From positions 32,001-96,000 of the IMG/VR virus record IMGVR_UViG_3300045988_011313: DNA of 64,000 bases; one strand, 5' to 3'. The stretch's first letter is position 1; every line of letters begins with the position of its first letter. This document shows, piece by piece, positions 52,301-63,900 of this stretch. The notes beneath the pieces were generated by a model. That model worked only from the letters and a program-made list of their open reading frames with translations. It made no database searches and had not been told where the DNA came from. The translations under genes and the position numbers were made by a program. Source of the stretch: a virus.

Positions 52301-53682
52301 CAGACAATCCTAACACTGGCACTCTAAGAGAAAGACTATTGTCTGCTCCTCTTCCCTTCTTACAGGCTTTCTATACTCTTGGTTTACAGAAAACAGAAGA
52401 AATGTTAGGGTCTTATTTCCCTCAATATACTGAATCATTCAGAGCTGTAATTGATGACCTTAGAGGCATGACAAAGACTGGTAAGTTGAATGTAAAGACT
52501 ATGAATAGTATTTATAATGACTTGCTTGCCTATATCATGTCAAAGAATGGATTCTTTGGTTCTGAATTGATTGTAAACCCTAACTCAGAAGTAGGTGATA
52601 TTATTGTGACTTCCTCTGACAAGAGAAAGGATTTCATCAATAACTTCCCTGAATACTTCAAGAGAGTGGTTACAGATAATGAGGATATAGCTGACCTTGA
52701 ATTTATTAAGAGGCTTAAGGTAATTAGGGCAAATGACAATAATCCTGTTAGCACAGTAGTGTTCAAGAATGTTGGTCAATTAAGTCCTACTTTGAGAGAA
52801 AGATATATGAGAGATTGGGCATCTCTATTATATATGAGTAACCCAGAAGCTCAGAAGCTTGCTCTTAATCTATTCAGATATAGCTATTATAGAAATGGCT
52901 TTGCATTTGGACCTTCAACCTTCATCCATTTGGCACCTGTGGCAGTGAGAAATGCTATCCCAGAGTACATAAGTACATTGAGGACTCTCTTATCATCAAG
53001 TGATGACTATAGTCAATTTGTAGACCAGTATGTCTATAACCACTTGGATAATAGAAAGTTGGTTCCTGAAATCCCTGATACAGCCTCTGTCCAGTTCATA
53101 GGAGAGGATAATGAAGTTAAGAATGAAGTTACATTTGTAATTGATGATAATGCTACCTTTGGAGATAAGAAAGTTATCAAGAAAAGGATAGATACTCCTG
53201 ATGGTCCTGCCTATGACTTCTTTAAGTATATAGGTAAGAGAATCAGAGGAAAATATATTTATTACAAACTGGCTTCATTAGGTACTGAACAAACTAATGT
53301 TGCAACCTATGAAAGGATTGAACCATTAGGTTTCAGAAACAGCTTCATTGAATATGAGTATGGTAAGGATGTAGAGGAGATGGAAACTGTAATTGATAAG
53401 AATAGGAAAGATTATGACCCTTATGCAGATATATTGTCAAGATTTGACCCTGGAGATGCAGAAGTTGATTATGATTCTATGCCTGATTATCTAGATACAC
53501 CCCAAGAGTACTGGGATTCTATTCCACAAGTAGATACTGATGCTTTCCAACAAGTATATGGTACTCCTCTTGATACTTCTGCTCCTAAGGCTGATGATAT
53601 AACAGCTATTCAGCCTAATACAGAGTATAAGGATGAGAATGGTGATAATATTTGTGGTGCTCCAACATTATATAGTTTATAA
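46333..53682 (+). CDS. Giant protein (2449 aa): crAss-type virion-packaged RNA polymerase candidate
   Basis: LSGSDFDVDKMYIM (nt 50770-50784) has the DxDxD metal-binding motif of double-psi beta-barrel RNAPs. Size and position match the crAss-like transcription module. Confidence 0.6.
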   Translation: MSCLIITPEIRELAKKFPNETEQSVLNLVGLWQEKNNKSIEDIPLGSELNDFIKELRSSEATEQLDEALSSSFDTPRVTSVEEQQKVDLLFDPKTRRDRVTLIARFFSNEVDDALQEMTDSLKGRIDDASGVEKEELQAELNSLDRFSAIKKYTPAGIFKRVANIFNSYVQDTEEGRIQQELNAINSMRGADKFSDEQKLEAAKKKAAYKNQEYKKIVDDPSVYKALAEEASTLLVMTEGIRIDPNYIAPADVNLNDDDPDGNSEVDNEAEDWRQEEAYKDGWMTNFRQVSSHESLSQAVRKVIRQVPKLDYRGKYEKDDLGFTRYLDADYVHATFIDKLRNMINSDDMLPLMQDLQRIKPWVKQVTKLLQGNETLFSQFYQDFRKDFMPYWIQKKKMMPDGTFKMETIAINKPEGVYYLLDAWRDNYENGVQLDDDSVYEKNGEINKDNAAKGLQWTETLNNMFQNLDTESRLQLLEREDVWNTIMKLLHMLGIDANPSVLKTALTDIKTVPGITFTDPIMLLLPQLNIIFSGIKKGEIKSETKEDGAEKRGDLINTFGSAYNMIASMMAEVTEDAIESSVRENDKSYYSHVTPNYLGKLIKNLKNAMNDKERFEQFMQTEFKDYEWFFKDGHWRNDWLRQLAESDELRRGLNHKVVLNSDKVDYTNWDDLDYTLALLTEYWGDPDSAKSSIKYAWYHVPILSDSPSAEFIRFRKYTTGDVLDEDGKKRTYDDVILDKLVDLVNQEYDRIMLVRERDEAYQRGDKGVEPIANYDIVRKENGSIKSMGGAEFKFLPALNNLRYDNGETFIDRLSRLKSKGTGAELRNFLRTTLNDMMEDGFEQTYRDWMRVGLLDELPNGKYKYLPFEGQSKQNAITAKALIKAKDALGSLWNTNMELMLRAYNNNSAFDSREANSLMEQIKALLTDKATRGEMELKDAQSISRSLFVKNNTKDALREYYWNSKLATSQIIQLTTTDLAFYKNLEDFQKRYKEVHAPALRLNTKATYKGERIGRDWERTIYLKDDEIISSVLEDIKTVLDERVRRNEMTKIDRDNIISKFRNVNVADAQAYRSLSSYRAILGMSGQWTDDMEQAYNNFKNGDWNIKDFNIIWQTKKPYVYTQVNNNSGIEGHTGIKTPVQHKNSEFLLLAMHELIAGPLGGSSKLKAINKFMEDNQIDVVQFESTTKVGKQGVIDLNDVNTEADVIQRLKDATGIGFGNENPNVVHKVSYEDYGIQTATPEHAIDAVQLVGTQIRKLITADISDDTIIEVDGKKMTKKEWLDLYNAINTENILQAFADVDEIFKDPKKVEEILLEEIRGNQRYGMDMMRACTLDENNNFNIPLFDPVQSQRVQTLLNSVIKSRITKQKIRGGALIQVSDYGLTDELHVVFEGEGANKRIKYLECYMPAYSREFYEPLMDPNTHQLDVTKLPEDLRKLIGYRVPTEDKYSMAPLYIKGFLPQQNGSAIMLPAEITTLSGSDFDVDKMYIMLPEFNIKKLYNIKGAWDDFYLNNPDIVDEIDRNLGEALAQFIKEQTEDWDEAAGLDDIADLTEEFNEWLKKEGIKRYKFSETAQKKFSEWFKTNKKNYFIREKIEKIKYDFNKSPQENSLKARNNLLIDMMYGVLTNADTASKILNPGGFDYQKKSARIMTILNDSYESDLAQALKDMGIELNKTVQKGGKSYPKSIASYLFDLDLDTLDKLAEKTKVKMDPLSPRTQVMLHQQNMTGAKLIGIYANHNANHALMQHTQLALDEENGSFILNGKRLTSLHDIMNGDKEFISKNNAGFLAASVDNVKDPVLAALNQNTFTADASMLLSRLGYNPIEIGLLMMQPIVQEITQTYFRESREGKGKDTIIDEVLDKYKEKAAINNDLTYDNYKNNSFYIEELADNIMLAKEAVTDRTQTSDFRKIEFYQKQVAVGYLFKRIMNSADALGQLVQATRSDTQGGAAGPTIADTELKMQKVKDLLDQIENNSKFPLKNANVILDGLLSDNPNTGTLRERLLSAPLPFLQAFYTLGLQKTEEMLGSYFPQYTESFRAVIDDLRGMTKTGKLNVKTMNSIYNDLLAYIMSKNGFFGSELIVNPNSEVGDIIVTSSDKRKDFINNFPEYFKRVVTDNEDIADLEFIKRLKVIRANDNNPVSTVVFKNVGQLSPTLRERYMRDWASLLYMSNPEAQKLALNLFRYSYYRNGFAFGPSTFIHLAPVAVRNAIPEYISTLRTLLSSSDDYSQFVDQYVYNHLDNRKLVPEIPDTASVQFIGEDNEVKNEVTFVIDDNATFGDKKVIKKRIDTPDGPAYDFFKYIGKRIRGKYIYYKLASLGTEQTNVATYERIEPLGFRNSFIEYEYGKDVEEMETVIDKNRKDYDPYADILSRFDPGDAEVDYDSMPDYLDTPQEYWDSIPQVDTDAFQQVYGTPLDTSAPKADDITAIQPNTEYKDENGDNICGAPTLYSL

Positions 53683-53685
53683 GAT

Positions 53686-56600
53686 ATGGCAAGAAGTTGT
53701 GCAATTATTCCAAAAGTGAAGAATAGAAATGGTCAGGTAGTGGACAGCAAGTTATTCAAGGACTTGCTGTCCTTCACCTCTAACAATAGAAGTGAAACTA
53801 CAAGACTGTATCTTATCACAAAAAGCAGTCAGTTTATAAAGGACTGGCAACCAAGATTAACATTAGATGAAAACAATGAACCTACATTGAGAAGTTTGCT
53901 AAAGCAGACTAATCTTAGTAAGGTCATTCCAGAGACTAAGGTGCTTGAAAGGCTCAATAGAGAAATAGGGTACTATAAGAAGGGGATGGACAGACCAGCC
54001 TTATGGGTAAACAATGATGAGAATTATCAGAAGTTGAAACAGAAGGCTATAGCCTTTAATCAGAACTCAGAGTATAGAGATGATTATGTGGCTAATATAG
54101 TTAAGATTCAAGACAGTGAATCCCCAAGAGTATTCATTGGAGTAAAGGTTGAAAAAAGAAACAGGCTTAACTCTATTAATGCAGATAAGATGGAATACAA
54201 TGAAAACCTTAATAACAGGTTGAGAGGTATTCTTGAATCTCATGGAATAGGGATAGGTGCTTTGACTGACCTTGAAAAGAGAATGGGTATTCATGGTGTA
54301 ACTGACTTTGATGTTGCAAGAAATGCAGCAAGTGGTCTTGTTGAAATGATTAGGCTTGCTAATGGTATTCAAGGTGAAAGAGCACTTCCTGAGGAATTTG
54401 CACACTTTGCCATTGAAGCTATGGGAGATAATCCACTCATCACAAGACTTATCAATAACATATCTTCCAATGGATTGGCAAGAGAAATTATAGGTGAGGA
54501 CTATGATACCTATGATACTTTATATCATAGTGATGAGGCTAAGTTGGCAAAGGAAGCTGCGGGTAAATTACTTGCAAAACATCTCCTTCAAGGAGAGAAA
54601 GTCCCATCTGCTCCTTACAGTAATCTGCTGCAAAGAGTAATTCAAGCAGTTAAGAATTTCTTTAAGAACATTAGTGCAAGTCCTATACAAAGAGCTATGA
54701 AGGAAGCTGATAAGAACTTTGGTTCCTTAGCCCAGCAAATCCTTGATGGTAGTATGGATGAGGCTATTGACATTAGCAATATTACTTCAAGTGGGGTGTT
54801 TTATAATACCTCAGAGAGAGTGGCAAGGGATAAAAAGCTGCTTCAAGGAATCATTGAGAATGAGTTGAAGAGATTAAAGATTTATGAAAAGAGAAATCCT
54901 AATAGCAGGTTTAGTGCTAACCAAAGGTTACTCATTGATAGATTGGATATTGAATTAGCTGACAACAATGAGATTGAAGGTATTTATACTTTTGTTGAAA
55001 ATGCTCTTGAAGAATTAACCAAGGTAAGTGATAGGCTTACTATGTTGCAGAATACTCCTGCTACTAATGTCAATGAGAGGGCTGGTGTCCTAAGAGATGT
55101 CAGAAACTACTTGTATAGTTACAAGCATATTACTGATGATATTAGGAAGGCTCTTATTGATGAAGAGAGGCATGCAGACAATAGATATGGTCAAAGAGTA
55201 AGAGTTGTGTTAGACAATACAACTACACTACTTGGAGACTTGTTTGTTAGATACAACAATGTAGCAATGCCCCTTTTTGTTGATTTCATTAAGCCTTTTG
55301 TAGGAGAGAGTATAACTGTTCCCTTTGGTAAGTTCAAGGGTAAGACTATGACTGCTGAAGACTTGGTGAAAGTAGCTGATAAGGACATATCTTTCTTTGA
55401 CAGGTGGCTTGACTCTATGGCAGACTCTTCAGATTATATGCTGAAAGTTATGGACCAAGCTGTCAAGAAGAGTAAAGAAAATGCAAGGTTGGAGACTATC
55501 AATGTTATGAAGGAGCTTCAAGCTGCTACCATTAAGTTAGAGCAAGCTGGAATTAAGAACACTGATTGGATGTTTGAAAGAGATAGTAAAGGTAATCTTA
55601 CAGGTAATTATATTTCTGAGATTAACCAAGGTCTATTCAAGGAGAAAGTCAGAGAAATGTTCAAGTCTCTCAATGAAAAGTATGGCAAGAATCCTGTAGG
55701 AGAAAATGCAGAGAAGTACAGAAAAGAGAGACAAGCTTGGTTTGATGCTAATATGGAAGTAGTCAATGGAAAGAAGCAACCTAAAGTATCAATCTATGGC
55801 AATAAGGCTTATCAGAATTTGAATCCTGCCCAAAAAGAATACTACAATAGGATTATGGAGATAAAAGCCAAGCTGGATTCATATCTTCCTGACAAGTACA
55901 CTACCTTAACTAATGCAGTTAAAATCAGAAAGGATTTACTTGAAAGGGTAAAGGCATCCGATGGTGTAAGGTCAGGCAGTACACAAGTATGGGAAGCTGT
56001 TAAAGACCAATTTATTAGAAGAACAGATGACACTGAGTTTGGAGATAGGGCTACAGTAAAGGACTTTGAAGGTAAAGAGGTACAAGTACTTCCTATCTAC
56101 TATACCAAGATGAAAGAGGGTGAAAGTCCTAATGACCTATCTACTGATATAGTATCTACTCTCACAGCTTATGCAGCTATGGCTAATGACTTCAATGAAA
56201 TGAATAAAGTAATTGATGTTCTTGAGCTTGGTAGAGACATGCTGAAAGAAAGGGAGATTATACAGACAAGGGGTGGTAAACCACTGGTTGAGAAGTTCAA
56301 GTCTGTAGGTAGGAAAGTTGAATCTACTCTCACTAAGTCTGGTGATGAAACAAGGTTCATGCAGAGATTGAATGACTTCTTTGAAATGCAAGTCTATGGT
56401 AGGTATATGGCTGATGAGGGTACATTTGGTAATACCAAGATTGATAAAGGAAAGGTAGCTAACTTTGTTAATAGAATTACTTCTCTTAATATGTTAGGTC
56501 TAAACCTGTTAAGTGGTATATCAAATGTTACTACTGGTAAAATTATGATGAGAATTGAGTCCTTTGCAGGTGAGTTCTATAATGAATCTAATACCTTAAT

Positions 56601-57741
56601 AGCTGATAGGAATTATGGTAAAGCATTACCAGAGTACTTAGCTGAGATAGGTAACAGAGTCAAGACAAGTAAACTTGCTTTATGGGATGAGTTATTCAAT
56701 GTAATGCAGGAGTATGAAACTGATGTCAGAGAGGTAAACTTTGATAGAAAGACTTGGTTCAGTAGAATGTTTGGTACCTCTGCTTTATTCCTTATGAATA
56801 ATGCTGGTGAGCATTGGATGCAGAATAGAACTTCATTAGCACTTGCAGATGCTTATAAGATGAAAGCTCCTGATGGTAAAATAGTTTCCTTATGGGATGC
56901 TATGGAGGTGATTCCTATAGATAAGAACAACAAGAAGTTAGGTGCTAAGTTGCAGTTAAAGCAAGGTTATACTAAGGAAGATGGCTCTGCATTTACAAGG
57001 GATGATATTATAGCATTTAGTAGAAAATCTGCTGCTATAAATCAGAGAATGCACGGTATTTACAATAAGGCTGATAGAAGTGCAGTGCAAAGATTGGCTG
57101 TAGGTAGAATGGGTGTTATGTTCAGAAAGTGGATAAAGCCATCACTTAATAGGAGATTTAAGTCTGCTACATATAACTATGATTTGCAAGCATGGACGGA
57201 AGGTTATTATAATACTACAGGAAGATTTATGTGGCAATTAGCTAAAGAGTTGAAGGAAGGTCAGTTTGCAATAGCTGCTAATTGGAATAATCTTACAAAG
57301 ACAGAAAAAGCCAATATTAAAAGAGCTGCTACTGAAGTAGGTCACTTCTTAATTATTGCTGCATTCTTGGGTCTCATGGATTGGGATGATAATAAGGATA
57401 GACCTTGGTTACAGAAGATGATTGAGTATCAAGCAAGAAGACTTTATACTGAAATTGGTACTCAGGTTCCAGGTCCTCAAATGGTAGGAGAAGCTCTTAA
57501 AATCTTGAAATCTCCTGCTGCTGGTATTAATACTGTAGAGAGTGTTTTGGATATGGTAGGGCTACTGAATCCTATGAATTATGAAACTTTTGCAGGTGAA
57601 GATGCTATTATTCAGTCAGGTAGGTTTAAAGGTGATTCAAGAGCAACTAAGTTATGGTTTGAATCTCCATTAATTCCTATGAATAAGACTATATATAGAG
57701 GTTTACACCCAGAAGAAAGTATTCCATTTTTTAAACAATAA
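53686..57741 (+). CDS. Giant hypothetical protein (1351 aa), probably virion-associated, with a C-terminal TM segment
   Basis: ORF track. It starts 3 nt after the previous stop and has a hydrophobic helix VGHFLIIAAFLGLM. Confidence 0.8.
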   Translation: MARSCAIIPKVKNRNGQVVDSKLFKDLLSFTSNNRSETTRLYLITKSSQFIKDWQPRLTLDENNEPTLRSLLKQTNLSKVIPETKVLERLNREIGYYKKGMDRPALWVNNDENYQKLKQKAIAFNQNSEYRDDYVANIVKIQDSESPRVFIGVKVEKRNRLNSINADKMEYNENLNNRLRGILESHGIGIGALTDLEKRMGIHGVTDFDVARNAASGLVEMIRLANGIQGERALPEEFAHFAIEAMGDNPLITRLINNISSNGLAREIIGEDYDTYDTLYHSDEAKLAKEAAGKLLAKHLLQGEKVPSAPYSNLLQRVIQAVKNFFKNISASPIQRAMKEADKNFGSLAQQILDGSMDEAIDISNITSSGVFYNTSERVARDKKLLQGIIENELKRLKIYEKRNPNSRFSANQRLLIDRLDIELADNNEIEGIYTFVENALEELTKVSDRLTMLQNTPATNVNERAGVLRDVRNYLYSYKHITDDIRKALIDEERHADNRYGQRVRVVLDNTTTLLGDLFVRYNNVAMPLFVDFIKPFVGESITVPFGKFKGKTMTAEDLVKVADKDISFFDRWLDSMADSSDYMLKVMDQAVKKSKENARLETINVMKELQAATIKLEQAGIKNTDWMFERDSKGNLTGNYISEINQGLFKEKVREMFKSLNEKYGKNPVGENAEKYRKERQAWFDANMEVVNGKKQPKVSIYGNKAYQNLNPAQKEYYNRIMEIKAKLDSYLPDKYTTLTNAVKIRKDLLERVKASDGVRSGSTQVWEAVKDQFIRRTDDTEFGDRATVKDFEGKEVQVLPIYYTKMKEGESPNDLSTDIVSTLTAYAAMANDFNEMNKVIDVLELGRDMLKEREIIQTRGGKPLVEKFKSVGRKVESTLTKSGDETRFMQRLNDFFEMQVYGRYMADEGTFGNTKIDKGKVANFVNRITSLNMLGLNLLSGISNVTTGKIMMRIESFAGEFYNESNTLIADRNYGKALPEYLAEIGNRVKTSKLALWDELFNVMQEYETDVREVNFDRKTWFSRMFGTSALFLMNNAGEHWMQNRTSLALADAYKMKAPDGKIVSLWDAMEVIPIDKNNKKLGAKLQLKQGYTKEDGSAFTRDDIIAFSRKSAAINQRMHGIYNKADRSAVQRLAVGRMGVMFRKWIKPSLNRRFKSATYNYDLQAWTEGYYNTTGRFMWQLAKELKEGQFAIAANWNNLTKTEKANIKRAATEVGHFLIIAAFLGLMDWDDNKDRPWLQKMIEYQARRLYTEIGTQVPGPQMVGEALKILKSPAAGINTVESVLDMVGLLNPMNYETFAGEDAIIQSGRFKGDSRATKLWFESPLIPMNKTIYRGLHPEESIPFFKQ

Positions 57742-57825
57742 TATTATGTTTATACATGTGCTTATTGTACCATTAATAAGTATTTTAATTCTTGGTATAT
57801 TTTACAATGATTAGTTAATAATGTG

Positions 57826-57873
57826 AAGGGGAGTGAGTAGATTAAGTTCTACTCCTCCCCTTATTTTTTTTTT
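57826..57873 (+). terminator. Strong intrinsic terminator (plus strand)
   Basis: About 15-bp stem AAGGGGAGTGAGTAGA/TCTACTCCTCCCCTT followed by T10. Confidence 0.7.
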
Positions 57874-57880
57874 ATTTCCT

Positions 57881-57917
57881 ACAAAATAAAAGGGAAGTAA
57901 CATTTCTGTTACCTCCC
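57881..57917 (-). terminator. Intrinsic terminator (minus strand)
   Basis: On the minus strand, GGGAGGTAACA-GAAA-TGTTACTTCCC followed by TTTTATTTTGT. It converges with the plus-strand terminator. Confidence 0.6.
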
Positions 57918-57941
57918 TAATAAAAAATTTCATCCTACTGA

Positions 57942-60900
57942 CTAAAAGGCTATACATTTAACAGCTTGGTTTCTCTCTTCTTGAGAGATTGAATCAAACT
58001 TTTCTTCTGTCCAACCTTTCTTCAATAGATTTTCCTGCATCCCTGTATCTAAAGACTCAAAAGAAGAATTAGGTACTTCTCTATATCTAATATCATCATT
58101 AGTTCTGGAGAATATTCCTACATTGTCTATAGCTGACTTAATTTGATTAGGATTAAATACTATTCTTACATCTTGTCTAACAGTTGGTCCATCTATTACA
58201 TTATTAAACAATACAGAGTCATATCCTTGTTCCTTAGCTTCTTTTATAATTTGTTCTCTAGTTATATACTCTTTATCAGAAACCTTGATAATATAAGGAT
58301 TTTTAGAATTAAGGAAAACGTCATAAACACTAGATTTATATTCATTTCCTATATGAAATAGAAGTTTTAAATTTCCTAATGCACTACCTGTTTCTTTTGA
58401 GTAATAATCTTTAGCTATTTTTCTTTTATTTGTAAAATAGAAACCAGACTTATCACCACTCATAGACCCTATCTTACCAAGTTTAAAAGCATTAAATTGT
58501 TTAGCACTTCCATGATAAACAACTAAAGGTTCACCATTTTCATCAACTACTTTAGAAGCCTCATTAGGATTATTTTCCCAGTCCCCAAACCAATCCTTAA
58601 AGGCTTTAGTTCTTACTTGGGCATATTGTCTTTCAGTAAGATTAGACTTTTTACCATTAGGGGCTAATAAATTACCTTCTGAATCTCTCTTAGCATTAGC
58701 AAGAATATCTTGCATTTCTTTAAAGTATTCTTCTTGTCTTGCTTTAGCTTGACTAAGTGTTTCTACAGGTAATTCTCTATTACTATATTCTCCCCTGTTT
58801 ATCATTTGGTAATATGCAGTAAGGTGAGGTCTAACACTATTCCAATTAGTTACTTTAATCCATAAGTCTTTAAAGAAGTTCTTAATTTTACCTAATAATC
58901 CAGCATTTTGTCTAGTAGTAACATACTCTCTGAATCCTTCTGCCATATCTTCCTCAAGAGAAAGATTGTCTTTTTCACCATATAATTTCCTTGCTTCATC
59001 ATATAGTGCCTGTCTTTCATCATTGTCAAGAAGGAGATTAAATACAGCATGGAAAGCTTCATGGTATGCAGTACCCTCAGCAGCTATGTTAGACAATGTG
59101 ATTACACCTTTATCAAATTGACCCCAAGCTAAGGTACCTCTTTTGCCTACTTTAATAAGACCTTTTACTATTTTTACCCTATCTTGTTCACTTAGTTGAG
59201 GCAAGACTTTATTTAGCCATTTAAGTTCCTTTTCTTGATTCCATACAGGAGTTTCTGTAGTATCCTTTGCCTTTCTTAAAGTAAGTACATCCTCAAACTC
59301 TTCATCACTGTCATTTATTGCCTGTTCCTTTTGAGCAGTATAGGCAGCACCTGTCTGGGTATTACCTTGATTAATAGTTGCAGGAGTCTCTACAGTAGTA
59401 ATAGGAGTAGCACTTACAGTAGGTACTGCATCAGGGTCAAACAATATAGTCTTTTCTGATGCTAAGTCTCTCATTCTTTGAGGATTACCTAATAAGGTTT
59501 TTCTAATGGAATCCTCAACTTGAGACTCACTCATACCTCCTTGTACAGGATTATTCCTTATAAGTAAGAATGTTTTACCATTAGGAAATACTGCATAGTA
59601 ATTATTTGAAGCTACATGAGCTGCTTCTCCCTGTCTGCCAAATCCCTTGGTTATATTAGGAACCTTGGTTATATGGACATCTACTTCTGTAATACCTGCA
59701 ATAGGAGTTAAATATCCTTTATGTAACTTACCATCCAACTCAAAGTAGCCTACCCCCTCATCAGCATTATTCATACTGTGTTCAGGAGTTAAGTCCTCAA
59801 TAGGATTCTGTGTCTCTAATGAAGTCTCAAAGATAGGTAATACTGTCTGAGCTTGTGCTGGAGTAGCAGGAGTTTCTGTAGATTTATTTACCTTAACTGC
59901 ACTTGCTAAAGGCACATTAACAGCAGGATTATATGTAATAGGAATACCCTTTTCACTTTGTACTGCTGATACTTTCTCCTTATTATAACTCAATACAAAT
60001 GGCATTACAGCTAACTTAGTAACTGGTACACCATACTGAGATTCAAATAGGTTCTTATAGGCAGAAAGTTGTAAAGTATAGTAATCCTTTGCACTCATTC
60101 TTTGAGTAGCAGATGGAGTAGTAAAGTAATTAACCTTATGTCCATATATGTCTGTAAAGTCATAGAAGCTGTATCTACTTGTCTTTACATCATAGATTCT
60201 AAAATTACCATCCTTGTCAATAGAAAGAATATCAACCTCACCTGCAACTCTTGTACCATCAGAATATTTTTGGAACAATACAATATTATCAGCAAGGAAT
60301 CTTTCTCCCATTTGCTCCATATTTGACTTAATCCTATTAAGAGTAGTAATCAAATCTATAAAAGCATTTTCTGACATATTAGATGGTCTTACTATCTTAG
60401 ATACATCTCTTATAGTAAAGTACTGTCTAATAATACTATCTACTGCTGAGCCAGCATCAAGTGCTCTTTGTGAGTTAGTACCAGACATTTTGTCTCTTAC
60501 TATATTCACAATAGTGTCTCTACTCTTAGCATCAGTCTTTCCTCTGTAAGCAGTCAAGTCTACTTTGAACTTGTTCTCCAAGTATTTTAAGTAGTTCTCA
60601 TACTGAGTAGGATTATCTACAAACTTGCTAAGATTAAGTCTTGCTAATTCAAGAGCCTTTGTTTGCTTGTCAGATTCTACCCAATTAGAGCCTAATCTAC
60701 TATGCACTCTACTATATTGGTGGTATTCACCATCATCCTCAAGTACATAATAAAACTCACCATCAGTTTTTGTCTTATCTACCCTCTTCTGATTCTCATA
60801 TATTTCACTGATAACCTCCTTAGACTTGGCAACTCTATCCTCTTTTTCCTTCTTTCTACCTGCAATAGCATCCTTTACATCTTGTGCATCCTGACCACTG

Positions 60901-63900
60901 AGATATACTTGCTTACTTCTGTCAAGTACCTTACCATCAGGAGTAAGAACTTTGTTATCTACCATCATTGATGATGCTGTAGCATCCCCAAAGTTATCTT
61001 GTGCCCAAGCTAAATCAAATAATAATTTTGTTGAATATTCATTAATAATGACAGTTTTGCCTTGATTATCCCTTATGGTGTGAGTAGATAAATCTACATA
61101 TACTGGATATGTAAATCCTGCTGGCTGCATATAAATACCCTTTATAGCACCCTCAGTACCACCTACAGGAGTTTCTATCTTCCTCTTAGGTTGAGGAGCT
61201 ACAGAAGCTGGACTTATAGCTTGATGCAGATTACCTTCATTATCAAAGTAGTCAGTTGTAAACCAAGTACTTCTTACTGAAGCCTCAGTAATATTTGAAG
61301 TAAGGATATTAGAGTTTATCAATCTATTGTTGTATGCACCTTCATTTATTCTCCTTGTACTGACTTGCAGAGGAAGATTGAACTTAACAAGGTGTCCGAG
61401 TATCTCATTGTATATATCCTCAGGATTCTTAGGAGTACCTAATGCACTTGTATCTCCCAAGTCTTCAAGAGCAGTTGCATCAAAGTTTATACCTCCAATC
61501 TCTGCACTCTTACTACTTGTAGAGAAATATACATCATACTTATCCTCCTTGATTTGCTCCTTTCCATCAATGGTTACTTTCTCATAAGTACCATCTGGCT
61601 TTCTCACCTTCTTACTGATAACAATACCATCACCTGCCTTACTACTAAACCAAGTAACCATAATATCCTGCATATACAAGTCTTGTGCCAAGTCTTGCAT
61701 AGCAGCAGATACATCATCCTGTGATGTAGCAGTTGATAACTTAGTAATGGCATTCTTTATATCTTCTCCAACAGGAGTAGAACTTACTGAACTGTCATTT
61801 AGATTGAACTCCTCATTATTGAAGTGCTTAACTCTTACAGCAGCAGGAGAATACTTACCAGCCCCATTAGGTATAAGCAGATATAATCTACCTTCCTTTT
61901 GGCTCATATCCACTGGCTTGATGATAAGGCTGTCATCAATCTTACTATTAGTAGTAAGAACACCATTCTTTATAATACCAAAGATAGGCTTTCTATCAGT
62001 TGAAGATACATTAGGTATCTCAGATAGACTTCTCTCAGTATTACCGTAAGGAATCCTACCTACCATTACCTTAGATACCTTTGTAACAGGTGTGGCAATG
62101 AACTTACCTTTAGTTGAAATACTTTTTGTTACATATTTATCTACAGCTTCTTTTTTTAAGGGTACTCTTAAATCTTTATTAATACTAAAATCAACAAAGA
62201 CTCTTCCATCTTTTGTTATTATTATTTTCCTTATATCAGTGTTTGGTCTATTAGTAAACTGGTTAGTAAGTAAAGCAATAATAGTTTCTTTTCCTTCTTC
62301 TATTTCTTCTTTAGTTGCATTATTCTTAGTAACTACTGTACCATCTTGCCTCCTAGTTCCAGCAGCATACTCTGCAAAGTCTATATCATCAAAGTCTAAT
62401 TCTATAAATGCTTTTCCATCTTCTAGAGTTCTTATTTCTCCCTCTTGATGTCCTTTTGGGGCACCTTTAACATAAGTTAGTTTAGCAGAATAAGTTATAA
62501 CAGTATTACCATTATTATCTATTTTCTTATGTGGAGTAACATTATAATTAGCCTCTCTAGTCCCTCTTTTTATATTAAAATTAAATCTATCTTCTGCTTG
62601 ACTCTCATTACCAGATGGTTTTGAAGACTGAGAACCTCTCTCAGCATATTCCTTTCTTATCTTCTCTTCAAGACCCTTCAGACCCTCATACCTTGAAACA
62701 CTGTAGTCAGATTCATCCAAACTACCTACTACTTGACCATTCCTTTTATCTATAATAAATATAGTGTGGTCATTGAATGAAGGGTCAATCATAAAGCCAA
62801 GTTCATCACCTGCTTTTAAGTTACCTTCATTTAGGTATCTAAATGCTCCACTATCTCTTAGATAACCATAAATACCAGAGAAGTCTACACCCTTTTCTCT
62901 CTCACCTACTACAATATCAAATGGTCTGAAATCTCCTTCCTTGCTTGCCTCTATATGTAGTTCAGGTATAGCAGGTCTATAGAATTGATTAGAAGTATCT
63001 CTACTTGGTCTTTGTGGAGTTTCTACCCTCTCATTGGCTTTCTTATTCTCCTCATTAACCATTTCAGCAGTTATATTGCCTACAGGCAGTTCTGTTGTAG
63101 GTAAGCCTTCACTACTTGTTACAGTAGGAGTAGTAGATGTACCACTATCTCCTGTAGTAGTTCTATCATCACCTCTCACAGTCCCCTCTCTTTTTTCTAC
63201 AGGCTTCTTATATTCAGGTGAGAATCTATCCTTAAATCTGTTGTCATTATTTACCTGAGACATAGCCTTCTGTAGCTCATATTGGGCTTCTTGGAATCTT
63301 GTTGCAGACAACTCAACATCTCCCTCAGAATCTTCATCAAAGGCATTTTCATTATTAATGTAAATTGAGTTAGGATTAGCTAACTGTTCAAGTTTTTCAG
63401 AGTTACTGAATTGGTCTTGAAGGAGTTTCATAGCATCTTGCTTAACTTGTGGTTCTGCATCTGACTCATTAAGAACTCTCTTCACTTCATTGTTATATTG
63501 TGAAGTCTCTCTGTAGTTCTTAGCCATTTCACTACCTCCATCCTCAAGTTCTTTTAGAACTCTATCTCTATTCTCTGTATCATCTTGGGCATCTATTGTA
63601 CTTCTAAACTCTTGCAAGTTCTGTGCAGCATTCAAAGATGCCTTCAAGTCATCAGACTTCTTCTTAGCCTCTTGTTGTGCAGCCTGCTCATCAGCTCTTG
63701 CATGGTCTTCTGCTTGCTTTTGAGGATTCTTGAGATACTCTTTTAACTTTGCATTATATGTCTTTGAGGCATTGCCTAACTTGACAATATCATTCAGCTT
63801 AGTTGTAATATCTGCTTTCTCATCTGCACTAAGTACAGTCTCATCTACCTCATTAATTTCCTTGATAAGACCATCTACAAACTTAGGACTAGTTGCTAAT

